In this document: piece after piece, positions 29,343-39,022 of the stretch | Layout: every line of letters starts with the position of its first letter | Position numbering within the stretch: the first letter of the stretch is position 1 | Source of the DNA: Verrucomicrobiia bacterium | GTDB lineage: Bacteria; Verrucomicrobiota; Verrucomicrobiia; Limisphaerales; UBA1319 | Assembly (NCBI GenBank): GCA_963664225.1 | Contig: OY760937.1 | Location: 5,280,001-5,344,000, forward strand | DNA length: 64,000 nt | Reading direction: 5' to 3' | Program-made: the position numbers and the translations under genes | Notes under the pieces: model-generated | What the model was told of the DNA's origin: nothing | The model's input: the letters and a program-made list of their open reading frames with translations, nothing else | Database searches by the model: none

Positions 29343-30005
29343 ATGCAAAACATTCCCGATATTGTTTCTCGCACTGTCCTGGGCTGCACAGCAGCCCTGT
29401 TATTGACGCTGGCAACCGGTTGCGAGACGGCCGAAACCCGTTCTGCGCAGCCCGCTCCGCCAAAGTCAACCGCCACTCCAGTCGCCCCAGTAGCGGTGAC
29501 CCCAACTCCCGCAGTGGCAACCCCGGCCCCGGCGGCAGCCGTTGCCACCACCCCGTCCATAATCCGCATCAAAGCGGGTGTGTCCGAACCCTTCAAGGAT
29601 TCCGCGGGCAATGTCTGGAAAGCCGAGGAAGGTTTCGAGGGTGGCAGTGTGATTGGCCGCGAGAACATTGAGGTTGCCAACACAAAGGACGCAGGGCTTT
29701 TCCTGACGGAACATTATTCGATGGATTCCTTCTCCTGCCCGGCCGCGAATGGCAAATATATCGCCAAACTTTACTTCTCCGAAATGTTTGAGGGCATCAC
29801 TGGGCCAGGTGGACGCGTCTTCTCCTTCAACGTCCAGGGCCACGAGTTCAAGGACTTCGATGTTTGGGTGAAAGCAGGCGGTCCCCATCGCGCCTACATT
29901 GAATCGGTGCCGGTGGAAGTCACAGACGGCAAATTCAAAATCACGTTCACCCCCAACGTTGAGAATCCGCAAATCAACGCCATCGAACTCATTCCTCAGC
30001 CATAA
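29343..30005 (+). CDS. Malectin-domain lipoprotein with Pro/Ala/Thr linker
   Basis: Lipobox 'LATGC', PAT-rich linker, 'NGKYIAKLYFSE...GGRVFSFNVQG...DFDV...ENPQINAIEL'. Confidence 0.85.
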   Translation: MQNIPDIVSRTVLGCTAALLLTLATGCETAETRSAQPAPPKSTATPVAPVAVTPTPAVATPAPAAAVATTPSIIRIKAGVSEPFKDSAGNVWKAEEGFEGGSVIGRENIEVANTKDAGLFLTEHYSMDSFSCPAANGKYIAKLYFSEMFEGITGPGGRVFSFNVQGHEFKDFDVWVKAGGPHRAYIESVPVEVTDGKFKITFTPNVENPQINAIELIPQP

Positions 30006-30033
30006 CTCGCAAGATTGAGGCTTTATATTAGCG

Positions 30034-30070
30034 TTCAGGTCGCCAGTTGCTTGCAAACTGGCGGCCTGAA
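30034..30070 (+). other. Intergenic 15-bp stem-loop within the operon
   Basis: TTCAGGTCGCCAGTT / AACTGGCGGCCTGAA (one G-U pair), no U tract. Confidence 0.6.
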
Positions 30071-30142
30071 TAGCTAGGGAACTCACGCCTGCCTGGTCGA
30101 AGTTCGTTTGCATGGAGATCATTAGCCATCATCAAATCACCC

Positions 30143-32236
30143 ATGAAAAGAGTTTGCTTCCTCCTCGTCCTTTTTGCCGCGCTTGCGGCTGGGGCTCAGA
30201 CTGCTGCCCCCACCCAGACCGTTGTCGCCAATATTGACGCTTCGAAAACCGGCCCGCCGATCTCTCCTTACCTTTATGGGCAATTCTTCGAACACGCCGG
30301 CAACCTCATTTATAGCACGCTCTGGTGTGAAATGCTCGATGACCGAAAATTTTACCATCCGGTGATTCCCCAACCTGCGGTGGATCCCAACGCCGACCAG
30401 AGCCCCGGTTTTGGGCCGGGACGACGCAACCGCAGTCTGGCGGGAAGATGGAACCCAGTCGGCCCTGCGGATTCGGTTGTCATGGATACCGCAACTCCCT
30501 TTGTTGGCGAACAAACCCCGCTGATCAAACTCGCAGGCTCCGAGCCGCGCGGCATTCGTCAAACCCGCCTCAATTTTATCAAGGACGCAACATATAACGG
30601 CCGCATTCAACTGGCCGGTGATCCCACCGCAAAGGTTTCCGTCAGCATTGTTCTTGGAACAAACGCCGATTCCCCGCGCCAGACGGTTGAACTCGGCCCA
30701 TTGAGCAAAGATTACCAGAAGTTCACATTTTCTTTTAAGGCCGCCGACTCCGGCCAAGGCGCATTTGAAGCCACGGCAACCGGCACAGGATCATTCCACG
30801 TCGGCGCGGTTTCCCTCATGCCTTCTGACAACGTGGAAGGTTTTCGTCCCGACGCTGTCGCCGCCTTGAAAAGCGTTCGCTTCGGAGTTTGCCGCTTCCC
30901 CGGTGGCAACTTTGTTTCCGCCCATGAATGGCGTTACGCCATCGGCGACCCCGACAAGCGCCCACCCACTTATGACCCTGTTTGGAGGGCGGTTCAGCCG
31001 AATGATATTGGCACGGACGAATTCCTGACCCTGTGCCGACTTCTTGAGGTTGATCCCTATATCACTGTCAGTGCTGGCTTCGCCGATGTTTTTTCGGCCG
31101 CCCAATATGTCGAATACGCCAACGGCGCCACTACCACCCCGATGGGCAAACAGCGCGCCGAAAACGGCCATCCCGAACCCTACAACGTCAAGTTCTGGGG
31201 CATCGGCAATGAAATGTGGGGGCTCAGCTACCAATATGGCGCCATGAAACTCAATCAGTTCGAGTTCAAGCACAACCAGTTTGCCAGGGCCATGAAGAAG
31301 GTGGACCCAACCATCAAAATCATCGCCTGCGGCGCCATGCCCGACACCATGACCGGTTCCAGGGAATCGCTAAGCCTGGGCACCAACCTGGTTCCGCCCT
31401 ACCTCTCACCCGGTGACTGGACCGGCGGCCTGCTGTCCAATTGCTTCGATAACATCGATATCCTCAGCGACCACTATTACAACTACGGCGGCACTCACTT
31501 CAGTCTGGCTGAGGGCAAACAAGTCCCAAATGATCCAAAGGAACCTGTCACCGACTGGATGCGTCGCCCGGCCAACCACATCCGCATCAAGTACGAGGAA
31601 TACAAAGAATACGAAAAATTGTTTCCCAAGCTCGTCACCAATCCAAAGCCCCTGAACATCGACGAATGGGCCTACGCGGGTAACCGCGGCGGCGGCTCCC
31701 AATCGTATCCCGTTTATCCGGCCTACGGCATCGTCTTCCACGAGATGTTCCGCCACTCTGACATTTTCCAGATGGCGGGCTACACGTTTGGCACTTCGCT
31801 GGTCAGCCGCAACGGAAACGTCACCGCGTTAAACACCACCGGTCAGACCTTCAAATTCTATCGCGATCATTTTGGCTTCATCCCTGTCGAGGTCACCGGC
31901 AACTCACCCCAACCCAGGCCAACGGACCCGCCCGGCGGCGAGCAACCTGTTGTTAATGCGGGCAGCGACACATTCCCTCTCGATGTTGCCGCTTCCTGGA
32001 CCGATGACCATAAAACCCTCACTGTGGCTGTCGTGAATCCCACGGATGTCGGGCAAACCCTCGAGCTCAACCTCACCGGCGCGGCGCTCTCCGGCAAAGG
32101 CACGCTCTGGCGGTTGGCGTCCGTTGAGAGCAACGGGCAAAATCCCGCGATCACCAGCGCTGTCGTGGATTCCATTCCCGAATCGCCCACGTTCCCGCGC
32201 TTCAGCGTGAGCATTTATGAATTCACCGTCAAATAA
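30143..32236 (+). CDS. GH51 alpha-L-arabinofuranosidase
   Basis: 'LYGQFFEH', 'RFPGGNF', 'GTDEFL', acid/base 'WGIGNE', nucleophile 'IDEW'. Confidence 0.9.
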   Translation: MKRVCFLLVLFAALAAGAQTAAPTQTVVANIDASKTGPPISPYLYGQFFEHAGNLIYSTLWCEMLDDRKFYHPVIPQPAVDPNADQSPGFGPGRRNRSLAGRWNPVGPADSVVMDTATPFVGEQTPLIKLAGSEPRGIRQTRLNFIKDATYNGRIQLAGDPTAKVSVSIVLGTNADSPRQTVELGPLSKDYQKFTFSFKAADSGQGAFEATATGTGSFHVGAVSLMPSDNVEGFRPDAVAALKSVRFGVCRFPGGNFVSAHEWRYAIGDPDKRPPTYDPVWRAVQPNDIGTDEFLTLCRLLEVDPYITVSAGFADVFSAAQYVEYANGATTTPMGKQRAENGHPEPYNVKFWGIGNEMWGLSYQYGAMKLNQFEFKHNQFARAMKKVDPTIKIIACGAMPDTMTGSRESLSLGTNLVPPYLSPGDWTGGLLSNCFDNIDILSDHYYNYGGTHFSLAEGKQVPNDPKEPVTDWMRRPANHIRIKYEEYKEYEKLFPKLVTNPKPLNIDEWAYAGNRGGGSQSYPVYPAYGIVFHEMFRHSDIFQMAGYTFGTSLVSRNGNVTALNTTGQTFKFYRDHFGFIPVEVTGNSPQPRPTDPPGGEQPVVNAGSDTFPLDVAASWTDDHKTLTVAVVNPTDVGQTLELNLTGAALSGKGTLWRLASVESNGQNPAITSAVVDSIPESPTFPRFSVSIYEFTVK

Positions 32237-32239
32237 CCC

Positions 32240-34690
32240 ATGATCTGCAATCTAAACCAACGCGCAAAATCAGTTGCATCGAATAACGACTTGTTTATCA
32301 ACGAAAGCGCCAGCCAGACAATGACGACACAACATAAGACCGTTTTGAAGAACCTCATTACGACCTCCGTAATCGCTTTCCTTTTTGCCGGAGGACAGTT
32401 TGCAGCGAACGTCGCAGCAGCGGCTTCTGCGCCGGTGGATTACGCCACTCTACAGGTCATCTCCAGCAATGATTCTCCTTCGGTTATCTCAGAAAAAGCA
32501 GCGAAGGTGCTGCCGCGCGCCAATCAATCGGACTGGATGCGGCTGGAGCGGACCTTTTTCCTTCACTTTGGGGTGAACACGTTCAATGGCGTCGAGTGGG
32601 GCACCGGTCGTGAAGAGCCTTCGATCTTCAATCCAGTGGAATTGGACGCGAATCAATGGCTGGACGCGATGAAGAATTTCGGCGGCAAAATGATTGTGCT
32701 CGTCAGTAAACACCATGACGGATTTTGCATGTGGCCGACTCGCTACACGCCCCACTCCGTCGCGGCCAGTCCATGGCGCGATGGCAAGGGCGACGTGGTC
32801 CGGGAAGTGTCCAATGCCGCGCGCGCCCACGGCCTCAAGATGGCCGTTTACCTTTCGCCTGCGGATCTTTACCAGTTGAGGACTAATCCGAAGAATCCCT
32901 CGGGATATTATGGCAACGGCAGCAGCAATGTTCTCTCGGTCATTCCCACCGATCCGGCCAGCTTCAAGAGTAATCCCGCCTTGGGTCGCACTCCGGCGGC
33001 GGGTTTTACGAATTACACTTACGAGGTGGACGACTATAATCGTTATTTTCTGAACCAGCTTTATGAATTGCTCACCGAATACGGGCCGATCGACGAGGTC
33101 TGGTTTGACGGCGCCAATCCGGATCCCAGCGTCAAGGAGACTTACAACTACGCGGCATGGTATGATTTGATCCGCCGCCTGCAACCCGGAGCAGTCATTT
33201 TTGGCAAAGGGCCGGACGCTCGCTGGGTCGGCACTGAAAGTGGCTATGGGCGCACAACGGAATGGAGCGTCATTCCGCTCCCGCAGTCGCCTGACACCTT
33301 CATCTGGCCGGATATGACCGCCCGCGATCTTGGCAGCCGTTCCAAACTCACGCCCGGCTCTTTCCTTTGGTGGTATCCTGCGGAAGTTAACGTCACCATT
33401 CTTGCCAATGGCCAATGGTTTTGGGCCCCCAGGAAACAACCCAGAAGCGTCTCGCAGTTGGTGGACATTTTTTACTCGTCAGTCGGTCGTAATGGAAATC
33501 TCATCTTGAACCTCTCTCCCGACAGACGGGGCCTTATCCCAGATGATCAGGTCGCCGCCTTGAGCGGTTTGGCGCAGGCGGTCAACGACACGTTTGCCGC
33601 CGACCTCGCTGCTGGCGCAAAGCTCGCCGCGGACAATTCCAACCCCACGAACGGCGCGCCGCTGGCGTTGGACGGAAATCTTGACACTTGGTGGGAAGCG
33701 GCGCCGGGTCATACCAACGGCACGTTGACTTTGACCTTTCCCGCAGCCGTCACCTTTGATGTCGTTTCGCTGCAGGAAGCGGTGGATCATCGCGGTCAAC
33801 GCATTGAGTCCTTTGCCATGGACGCCTGGAACGGGTCCGAATGGGTCGCTGCGGAGAAGATCGCGTCGGACGAACTTACAACCGTCGGGCATCGCCGACT
33901 CATCCGGCTCAAGCCGGCCGTGACCGCAAGCCAGGTGCGCATCCGCATCACCGGTTCGCGCCTCGAACCGACACTCGCCGAAATCGGACTCTTCAAGCAA
34001 TCCGTCTCATCCCTGCCTCCGACGATTTCAGATCGCGCGGCAAATGGCTCAGTGACGTTAAGCAACTCCGGCGGCTGCAAAATGGTTTACACCGTCGATG
34101 GCAGCGCGCCGACAACCAATTCAGCGGAATACACCTCGCCCATCGCCCTGCCTTTGAGCGGCAAGGTGCAAGCCGCTTGTCTGCTTCCCAACGGACGGCT
34201 CGGCATCACCGCTTCCAGAACTTTCGCCGGCCTGGCGCCGACCGGCTGGAAGGTGATCAGCGTGGACAGCCAGGAAACCAATCAAGCCGATGCCGCTGCA
34301 ACCCGCGCGATGGACGGCAATTCGTCCACCTTCTGGCACACCCGCTGGAACGCCGATTTGACCTTGCCGCATCACCTCACGATTGACATGGGCGCATCCC
34401 ATCGGATTGCCGGATTCACTTACCTGCCGCGGCAGGACGACAACCCCAACGGCACCGTCGAGCGTTACCGTTTTGAAACGAGCGAGAATGGGACCAACTG
34501 GATGACCAATATCGCTTCCGGCACATTCGCCAACATCCGAAACAATCCATCGCTTCAGGAAGCCACATTTGCGCCGGTTAACGCCCGGTTCTTTCGCTTC
34601 ACGGCTTTGCAGGAAATCAATCGAAGCGGCTGGACGAGCGCCGCCGAGATATCGGTGCTGCCCGCACCAATAGCGGACGGACGCAAATGA
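32240..34690 (+). CDS. GH29 alpha-L-fucosidase with two F5/8-type C (CBM32) modules
   Basis: 'FLHFGVNTF', 'KHHDGFCMW', nucleophile 'WFDGA', 'SVGRNGNLILN', 'ALDGNLDTWW', 'AMDGNSSTFWH'. True start may be 32321. Confidence 0.9.
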   Translation: MICNLNQRAKSVASNNDLFINESASQTMTTQHKTVLKNLITTSVIAFLFAGGQFAANVAAAASAPVDYATLQVISSNDSPSVISEKAAKVLPRANQSDWMRLERTFFLHFGVNTFNGVEWGTGREEPSIFNPVELDANQWLDAMKNFGGKMIVLVSKHHDGFCMWPTRYTPHSVAASPWRDGKGDVVREVSNAARAHGLKMAVYLSPADLYQLRTNPKNPSGYYGNGSSNVLSVIPTDPASFKSNPALGRTPAAGFTNYTYEVDDYNRYFLNQLYELLTEYGPIDEVWFDGANPDPSVKETYNYAAWYDLIRRLQPGAVIFGKGPDARWVGTESGYGRTTEWSVIPLPQSPDTFIWPDMTARDLGSRSKLTPGSFLWWYPAEVNVTILANGQWFWAPRKQPRSVSQLVDIFYSSVGRNGNLILNLSPDRRGLIPDDQVAALSGLAQAVNDTFAADLAAGAKLAADNSNPTNGAPLALDGNLDTWWEAAPGHTNGTLTLTFPAAVTFDVVSLQEAVDHRGQRIESFAMDAWNGSEWVAAEKIASDELTTVGHRRLIRLKPAVTASQVRIRITGSRLEPTLAEIGLFKQSVSSLPPTISDRAANGSVTLSNSGGCKMVYTVDGSAPTTNSAEYTSPIALPLSGKVQAACLLPNGRLGITASRTFAGLAPTGWKVISVDSQETNQADAAATRAMDGNSSTFWHTRWNADLTLPHHLTIDMGASHRIAGFTYLPRQDDNPNGTVERYRFETSENGTNWMTNIASGTFANIRNNPSLQEATFAPVNARFFRFTALQEINRSGWTSAAEISVLPAPIADGRK

Positions 34691-34710
34691 TGATTCTGAC
34701 TTTTTGAAAT

Positions 34711-36849
34711 ATGAAAACCTCCTCACGGGTAATCGATTCAATCCGCATCCTTGTCCTCGCAGTCCCGATCGCGAGCCTTCTCGCGCTGACTCTGGGTGTC
34801 GCAGCGTTTGCCGCGCAGGATTCTCAGGCAAACTCTGTTGCCGCTACAAAGCATTGGACTGCTGACAATGGCAATGGCACTTACTCCAATCCGCTGTTTT
34901 ACGGAGAGTTTGAGGATCCGGATGTCATCCGCGTGGGCGCTGATTATTACCTGGCCGGCACCACCATGCACATGAACCCGGCAGTTGAGATTTTGCATTC
35001 CAGGGACTTGGTGAACTGGGAACTCGCCGGCTATTGCACCAATAGACTCGACCTGGGTCCGGCCTACCGGCTGGAGGACGGCAGGGGCATCTACGGCCAG
35101 GGCATCTGGGCGCCCTGCATTCGCCATCACAAGGGCATGTTCTACGTCCTCTCGAACATCAACCGCGGGGGATTGCTGGTCTTTCGCTCGGCTTCGATCC
35201 AGGGCCCTTGGGAGTGCAACCAATTGCCCGGACGCCACGATTTATCAGTCCTCTTCGACGACGACGGAAAGGTTTACATCATCTCGGGCGGCGCCAGCCC
35301 GTACCCGATTGAAGAACTGGCTCCGGATCTCCGGTCCTTCAATACCAACGCACCCCGCCGTCAACTGGTTGGCCGGATGGGTGAAGGCCATCACCTCTAC
35401 AAAATCAACGGCAAATACGTTGATGTTTCGGCGATTCCAGGCGGACCCGTGGACCAGATGGTGGCCGTTGCCGATTCCATCGACGGCCCGTGGAAGGTCA
35501 CGAAGATGGTCGCGGGTGAATCATTGGGTGTGACAGGGGCAACACCCGCGCGCGCCCCAGCCAATGACCGCGGGCTCTGGCTCCATCAAGGCGGCATCGT
35601 TGATACTCCCTCGGGCCAATGGTGGAGCATCCTCATGTCGGACCACGGCAGCGCCGGTCGCATGGTTAACCTGGTGCCGATCACATGGGATGATGGTTTT
35701 CCCCTGATTGGCTTGCCGGGCAATCTGCGCAAAGCCCCCAATACCTGGATCAAGCCCGATACAGGCTTTTCGCAGGAACCCAAACCGACCTATGTCTGGG
35801 ACGAAAACTTTGATGGCGGCAAAATCAATCCGCACTGGCAATGGAACCACGTTCCCGATGACAGTAAGTGGTCACTCACTGAGAAGCCCGGCGTGCTTCG
35901 CCTTCATTCTTTGCCGGCCACCAACCTCTGGACCGCGCGCAACAGCCTTTGCCAGCGGCCTCCCGGGCCCGAGTCGATCATCACTGTCGAAATGGACACA
36001 AGTGGCATGGCGGTGGGTGATAATGCCGGTCTGGCCCTCTTGAGCGCTCCCTACGCATGGATTGGCGTGGTAAAAACTGCCGAAGGCGCAACCCTGCAGA
36101 GGTTCCAGGGCGCAGGCGGTCGCCGCGTCGGGTCCGCTGCTCCGACCAACGCGCCCGTCGTGGGAAGCACCAATCCCCCCAGCCACTTGTTGTTGCGCGT
36201 CGCCTGCAATTTTGACACCGATGAGGCCCTCTTCAGTTGGAGCGCTGATGGCAAACAATTTACGCCGGTGGGCAATCCATTCACCATGACCTTCCAGTTG
36301 ACCACCTTCCAAGGCGTGCGACCCGCATTATTCAACTTCAACACCACCGGCCAGCCCGGCGGCTATGCTGACTTTGATAACTATGTTGTTGAGGAGCCAC
36401 GCGCCCGCGGCATCGAGCGTGAAATTCCCACGGGCAAAACCATCACTCTCACCAGCGGTGCCGACGGAAGCTTCCTGTCCGCCAACACGCAAAGCAATGT
36501 CCTGGCCAATGTAGCGGCTGAATCAGCCGATGCCAGGACACCCAATGTGCGTTTCCAGGTTATGGACCTTGGCAAGGGGCGCGTTGCGTTGAAGGCAGCC
36601 AACGGCCGGTTCGTCTCTGCCTCTGAGGATGGGGTCACTTTGAAGGATCTTGCGGGCAAAACACCGGGTGATGCGGAGTCGTTCCAATGGATCAACCTGA
36701 TGCGCGGCGATACCATGCTCATGTCGCTGACGAACCACCGTTACCTCACCACCCAGCCGAACATACCGGGCCCGGTGACGGTTACCGCTGTCGGCCCGAC
36801 ACCCGCCCGCAAAGGCGGCGAATGTTTCAAATGGAAACCAGTCGATTGA
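34711..36849 (+). CDS. GH43 beta-xylosidase/arabinofuranosidase with beta-sandwich and fascin-like C-terminal domains
   Basis: 'EDPDVIRVG', 'HSRDLVNWE', 'WAPCIR', 'LFDDDGKVY', 'EGHHLYKING', 'HQGGIVDT'; 'VALKAANGRFVSA' trefoil-like repeat. Confidence 0.9.
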   Translation: MKTSSRVIDSIRILVLAVPIASLLALTLGVAAFAAQDSQANSVAATKHWTADNGNGTYSNPLFYGEFEDPDVIRVGADYYLAGTTMHMNPAVEILHSRDLVNWELAGYCTNRLDLGPAYRLEDGRGIYGQGIWAPCIRHHKGMFYVLSNINRGGLLVFRSASIQGPWECNQLPGRHDLSVLFDDDGKVYIISGGASPYPIEELAPDLRSFNTNAPRRQLVGRMGEGHHLYKINGKYVDVSAIPGGPVDQMVAVADSIDGPWKVTKMVAGESLGVTGATPARAPANDRGLWLHQGGIVDTPSGQWWSILMSDHGSAGRMVNLVPITWDDGFPLIGLPGNLRKAPNTWIKPDTGFSQEPKPTYVWDENFDGGKINPHWQWNHVPDDSKWSLTEKPGVLRLHSLPATNLWTARNSLCQRPPGPESIITVEMDTSGMAVGDNAGLALLSAPYAWIGVVKTAEGATLQRFQGAGGRRVGSAAPTNAPVVGSTNPPSHLLLRVACNFDTDEALFSWSADGKQFTPVGNPFTMTFQLTTFQGVRPALFNFNTTGQPGGYADFDNYVVEEPRARGIEREIPTGKTITLTSGADGSFLSANTQSNVLANVAAESADARTPNVRFQVMDLGKGRVALKAANGRFVSASEDGVTLKDLAGKTPGDAESFQWINLMRGDTMLMSLTNHRYLTTQPNIPGPVTVTAVGPTPARKGGECFKWKPVD

Positions 36850-36910
36850 GTTGCAGCGCCGGGGGGATTTTTACCGGCCGCAACAGCTTTTCACTTAATA
36901 AAATATTCTC

Positions 36911-37828
36911 ATGATAAAGCATGCATCACTCACACTCCTTGCGTCCGCCATGATGGGCGCGTTGGCATGTGGTGTTTACGCACAGTCCGGTCCTCGCGAC
37001 AATCGCAGTGCCGCAGCGAATCCGCGCAAACCAGTGCCGATCCTCCCCGCGTTGCCGACTTCCAACGATAAGGCATTTTATGCGAGCAATGACGTGCCGC
37101 ACGGCCGGGTGGAGATCGTGCGCTACAAAACCTCGGCTGGCACAGAGAAGCCGATGCATGTTTACCTTCCGCCCGGCTATGACACCAACGCCAGCACGCG
37201 ATACCCGGTGCTCTACCTGAATCACGGTGGCGGCGAGAATGACAGCCATTGGACCGGGAACGGTTTTGCCCATTTGATTCTCGACAACCTCATCGCCGCC
37301 GGGAAGGCCCGTCCGATGATCATCGTGATGCCCAATACCAGCCGCGTGGTTACCGGCACTCCCCCCAAACCTGGAGTGGACGATGCCTGCACCCGGGAGT
37401 ATCTGATGGACATTCTGCCCTATGTGGACAGCCACTATCACACGCGCACGAATCGCGAAAGCCGCGCCGTGGCCGGCCTTTCAATGGGCGGGTTTGTCAC
37501 CCTCAATACAGGCCTGACGCATCTCGAAACCTTTGGCGAACTCTACGTATTCAGTTCGGGTTACTGGGCGGATCAACTCCCGGCTTTTCAGGAAAACATC
37601 AAGCCGCTCCTCAGTGAGACCAACATCAATCGCCAATTCCGCATGCCCATTTACTTTGCCGCGGGCGAAACGGACATCGCCCTTTTCAACAGCCAGCGGA
37701 CGCTGGCGGTCTTCAACAATTACGGCATTCGCAATTTTTGGGTATTGAGTTCCAACGGCCACGAGTGGTTGAACTGGCGCCGTTACCTGTATCAGACTGC
37801 GCAGATGATGTTCCCAGAGGACCGCTGA
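36911..37828 (+). CDS. CE1-family esterase
   Basis: 'VYLPPGY...YPVLYLNHGGG', 'GLSMGG', 'GHEWLNWR'. Confidence 0.88.
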   Translation: MIKHASLTLLASAMMGALACGVYAQSGPRDNRSAAANPRKPVPILPALPTSNDKAFYASNDVPHGRVEIVRYKTSAGTEKPMHVYLPPGYDTNASTRYPVLYLNHGGGENDSHWTGNGFAHLILDNLIAAGKARPMIIVMPNTSRVVTGTPPKPGVDDACTREYLMDILPYVDSHYHTRTNRESRAVAGLSMGGFVTLNTGLTHLETFGELYVFSSGYWADQLPAFQENIKPLLSETNINRQFRMPIYFAAGETDIALFNSQRTLAVFNNYGIRNFWVLSSNGHEWLNWRRYLYQTAQMMFPEDR

Positions 37829-37837
37829 TCGTTTGAG

Positions 37838-38989
37838 TTGAAAACACCAATCCATATCATGAATAGCAGCATTAAAATCCCGCTGGCAATTGGATATTCC
37901 TTTTGTCTGATCCTGGCCGTCCATGTTCACGGACAATCTCGCCCATGGGCTCAGCCGATTGAATCGCCCGTCGTCCACCCGGACCGCACGGTCACTTTCA
38001 ACTATAAATCGTCTAACGCCAGGCAGGTTGAATTAAGCGCGCAGTTCATCAAGGGAAACCAACCGCTCAAGGCCGATGCCTCCGGAGTTTGGAGTATCAC
38101 CTTGGGACCCGTTGAACCCAACCTCTACCCCTACAACTTCATTGTGGATGGCGTGTCTGTCGCCGACCCCAATAATCAAAACATTTTTCCGAACGAACGT
38201 TTCAAGAGCAGCCTGGTGGACATCCCGGGTGACAAACCGTCCATCTACTCGATACAGGACGTTCCGCACGGGCAGGTCACCTATGGCTTCTACAAATCGA
38301 AATCCATGGGCGTGACTCGTCCGTTGCTGGTCTATACGCCGCCGGGCTATCACCAGGGCAGCGATAAATATCCGGTGCTCTATTTGGTCAGCGGCACAAC
38401 CGACACCGAGGAAACCTGGTTCAAGGTCGGCCGTGCCAATTTCATTCTCGACAATCTCATCGCCGCCGGGAAGGCCCGGCCAATGATCATCGTCATGCCC
38501 TACGGGAACACGCTGACCGGCACACCGGACCCGTCTTCGCTTCAAGCCGCCGACATGTACAAAGTGTTTAATGACGATTTGGTCGGCAGTATTCTTCCTT
38601 ACATCGAATCCAATTATCGCGTCCTCCCTGATCGGGAAAAACGCGCCATCGCCGGATTCTCGCGAGGCGGCGGACAGTCACTGTTTGCCGGGTTTTCCAA
38701 CCTGGATAAGTTTGCCTGGATCGGATCCTATAGCGCTTATTTGACGCCGGAAGTCTTTAACAAATATTTTCCCAGCCTTTCCTCAAATCCCGGGACCACG
38801 AATCGTCAACTCCAGCTTCTGTGGCTTGGCGTTGGAAGCGAGGACTTTTTATACAAACAGGCGGTTGCGTTTGATGAACTCTTGAAGGAAAAGAAGATCG
38901 AACACAAAAGCCTCATCACAGGTGGCGGTCATACATGGATGAACGCCCGGCACTATCTAACGGAAACGTTGCAGTTGTATTTCAAGTAA
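37838..38989 (+). CDS. CE1-family esterase with N-terminal CBM48/E-set-like domain
   Basis: 'SPVVHPDRTVTF...GVWSITLGP...YNFIVDGVSVADP', 'GFSRGG', 'GGHTWMN'. Start may be 37859. Confidence 0.88.
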   Translation: MKTPIHIMNSSIKIPLAIGYSFCLILAVHVHGQSRPWAQPIESPVVHPDRTVTFNYKSSNARQVELSAQFIKGNQPLKADASGVWSITLGPVEPNLYPYNFIVDGVSVADPNNQNIFPNERFKSSLVDIPGDKPSIYSIQDVPHGQVTYGFYKSKSMGVTRPLLVYTPPGYHQGSDKYPVLYLVSGTTDTEETWFKVGRANFILDNLIAAGKARPMIIVMPYGNTLTGTPDPSSLQAADMYKVFNDDLVGSILPYIESNYRVLPDREKRAIAGFSRGGGQSLFAGFSNLDKFAWIGSYSAYLTPEVFNKYFPSLSSNPGTTNRQLQLLWLGVGSEDFLYKQAVAFDELLKEKKIEHKSLITGGGHTWMNARHYLTETLQLYFK

Positions 38990-39022
38990 TGGTTACTCTC
39001 GAATCATCGGAAACTCACTCAT

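Noticed and set aside
37277..38500. 57-nt near-identity (53/57) between adjacent CE1 genes (37277-37333 vs 38444-38500) as gene conversion or a template repeat
   Set aside because: Encodes the conserved ILDNLIAAGKARPMIIVMP motif; the differences are synonymous and no reverse transcriptase is present.
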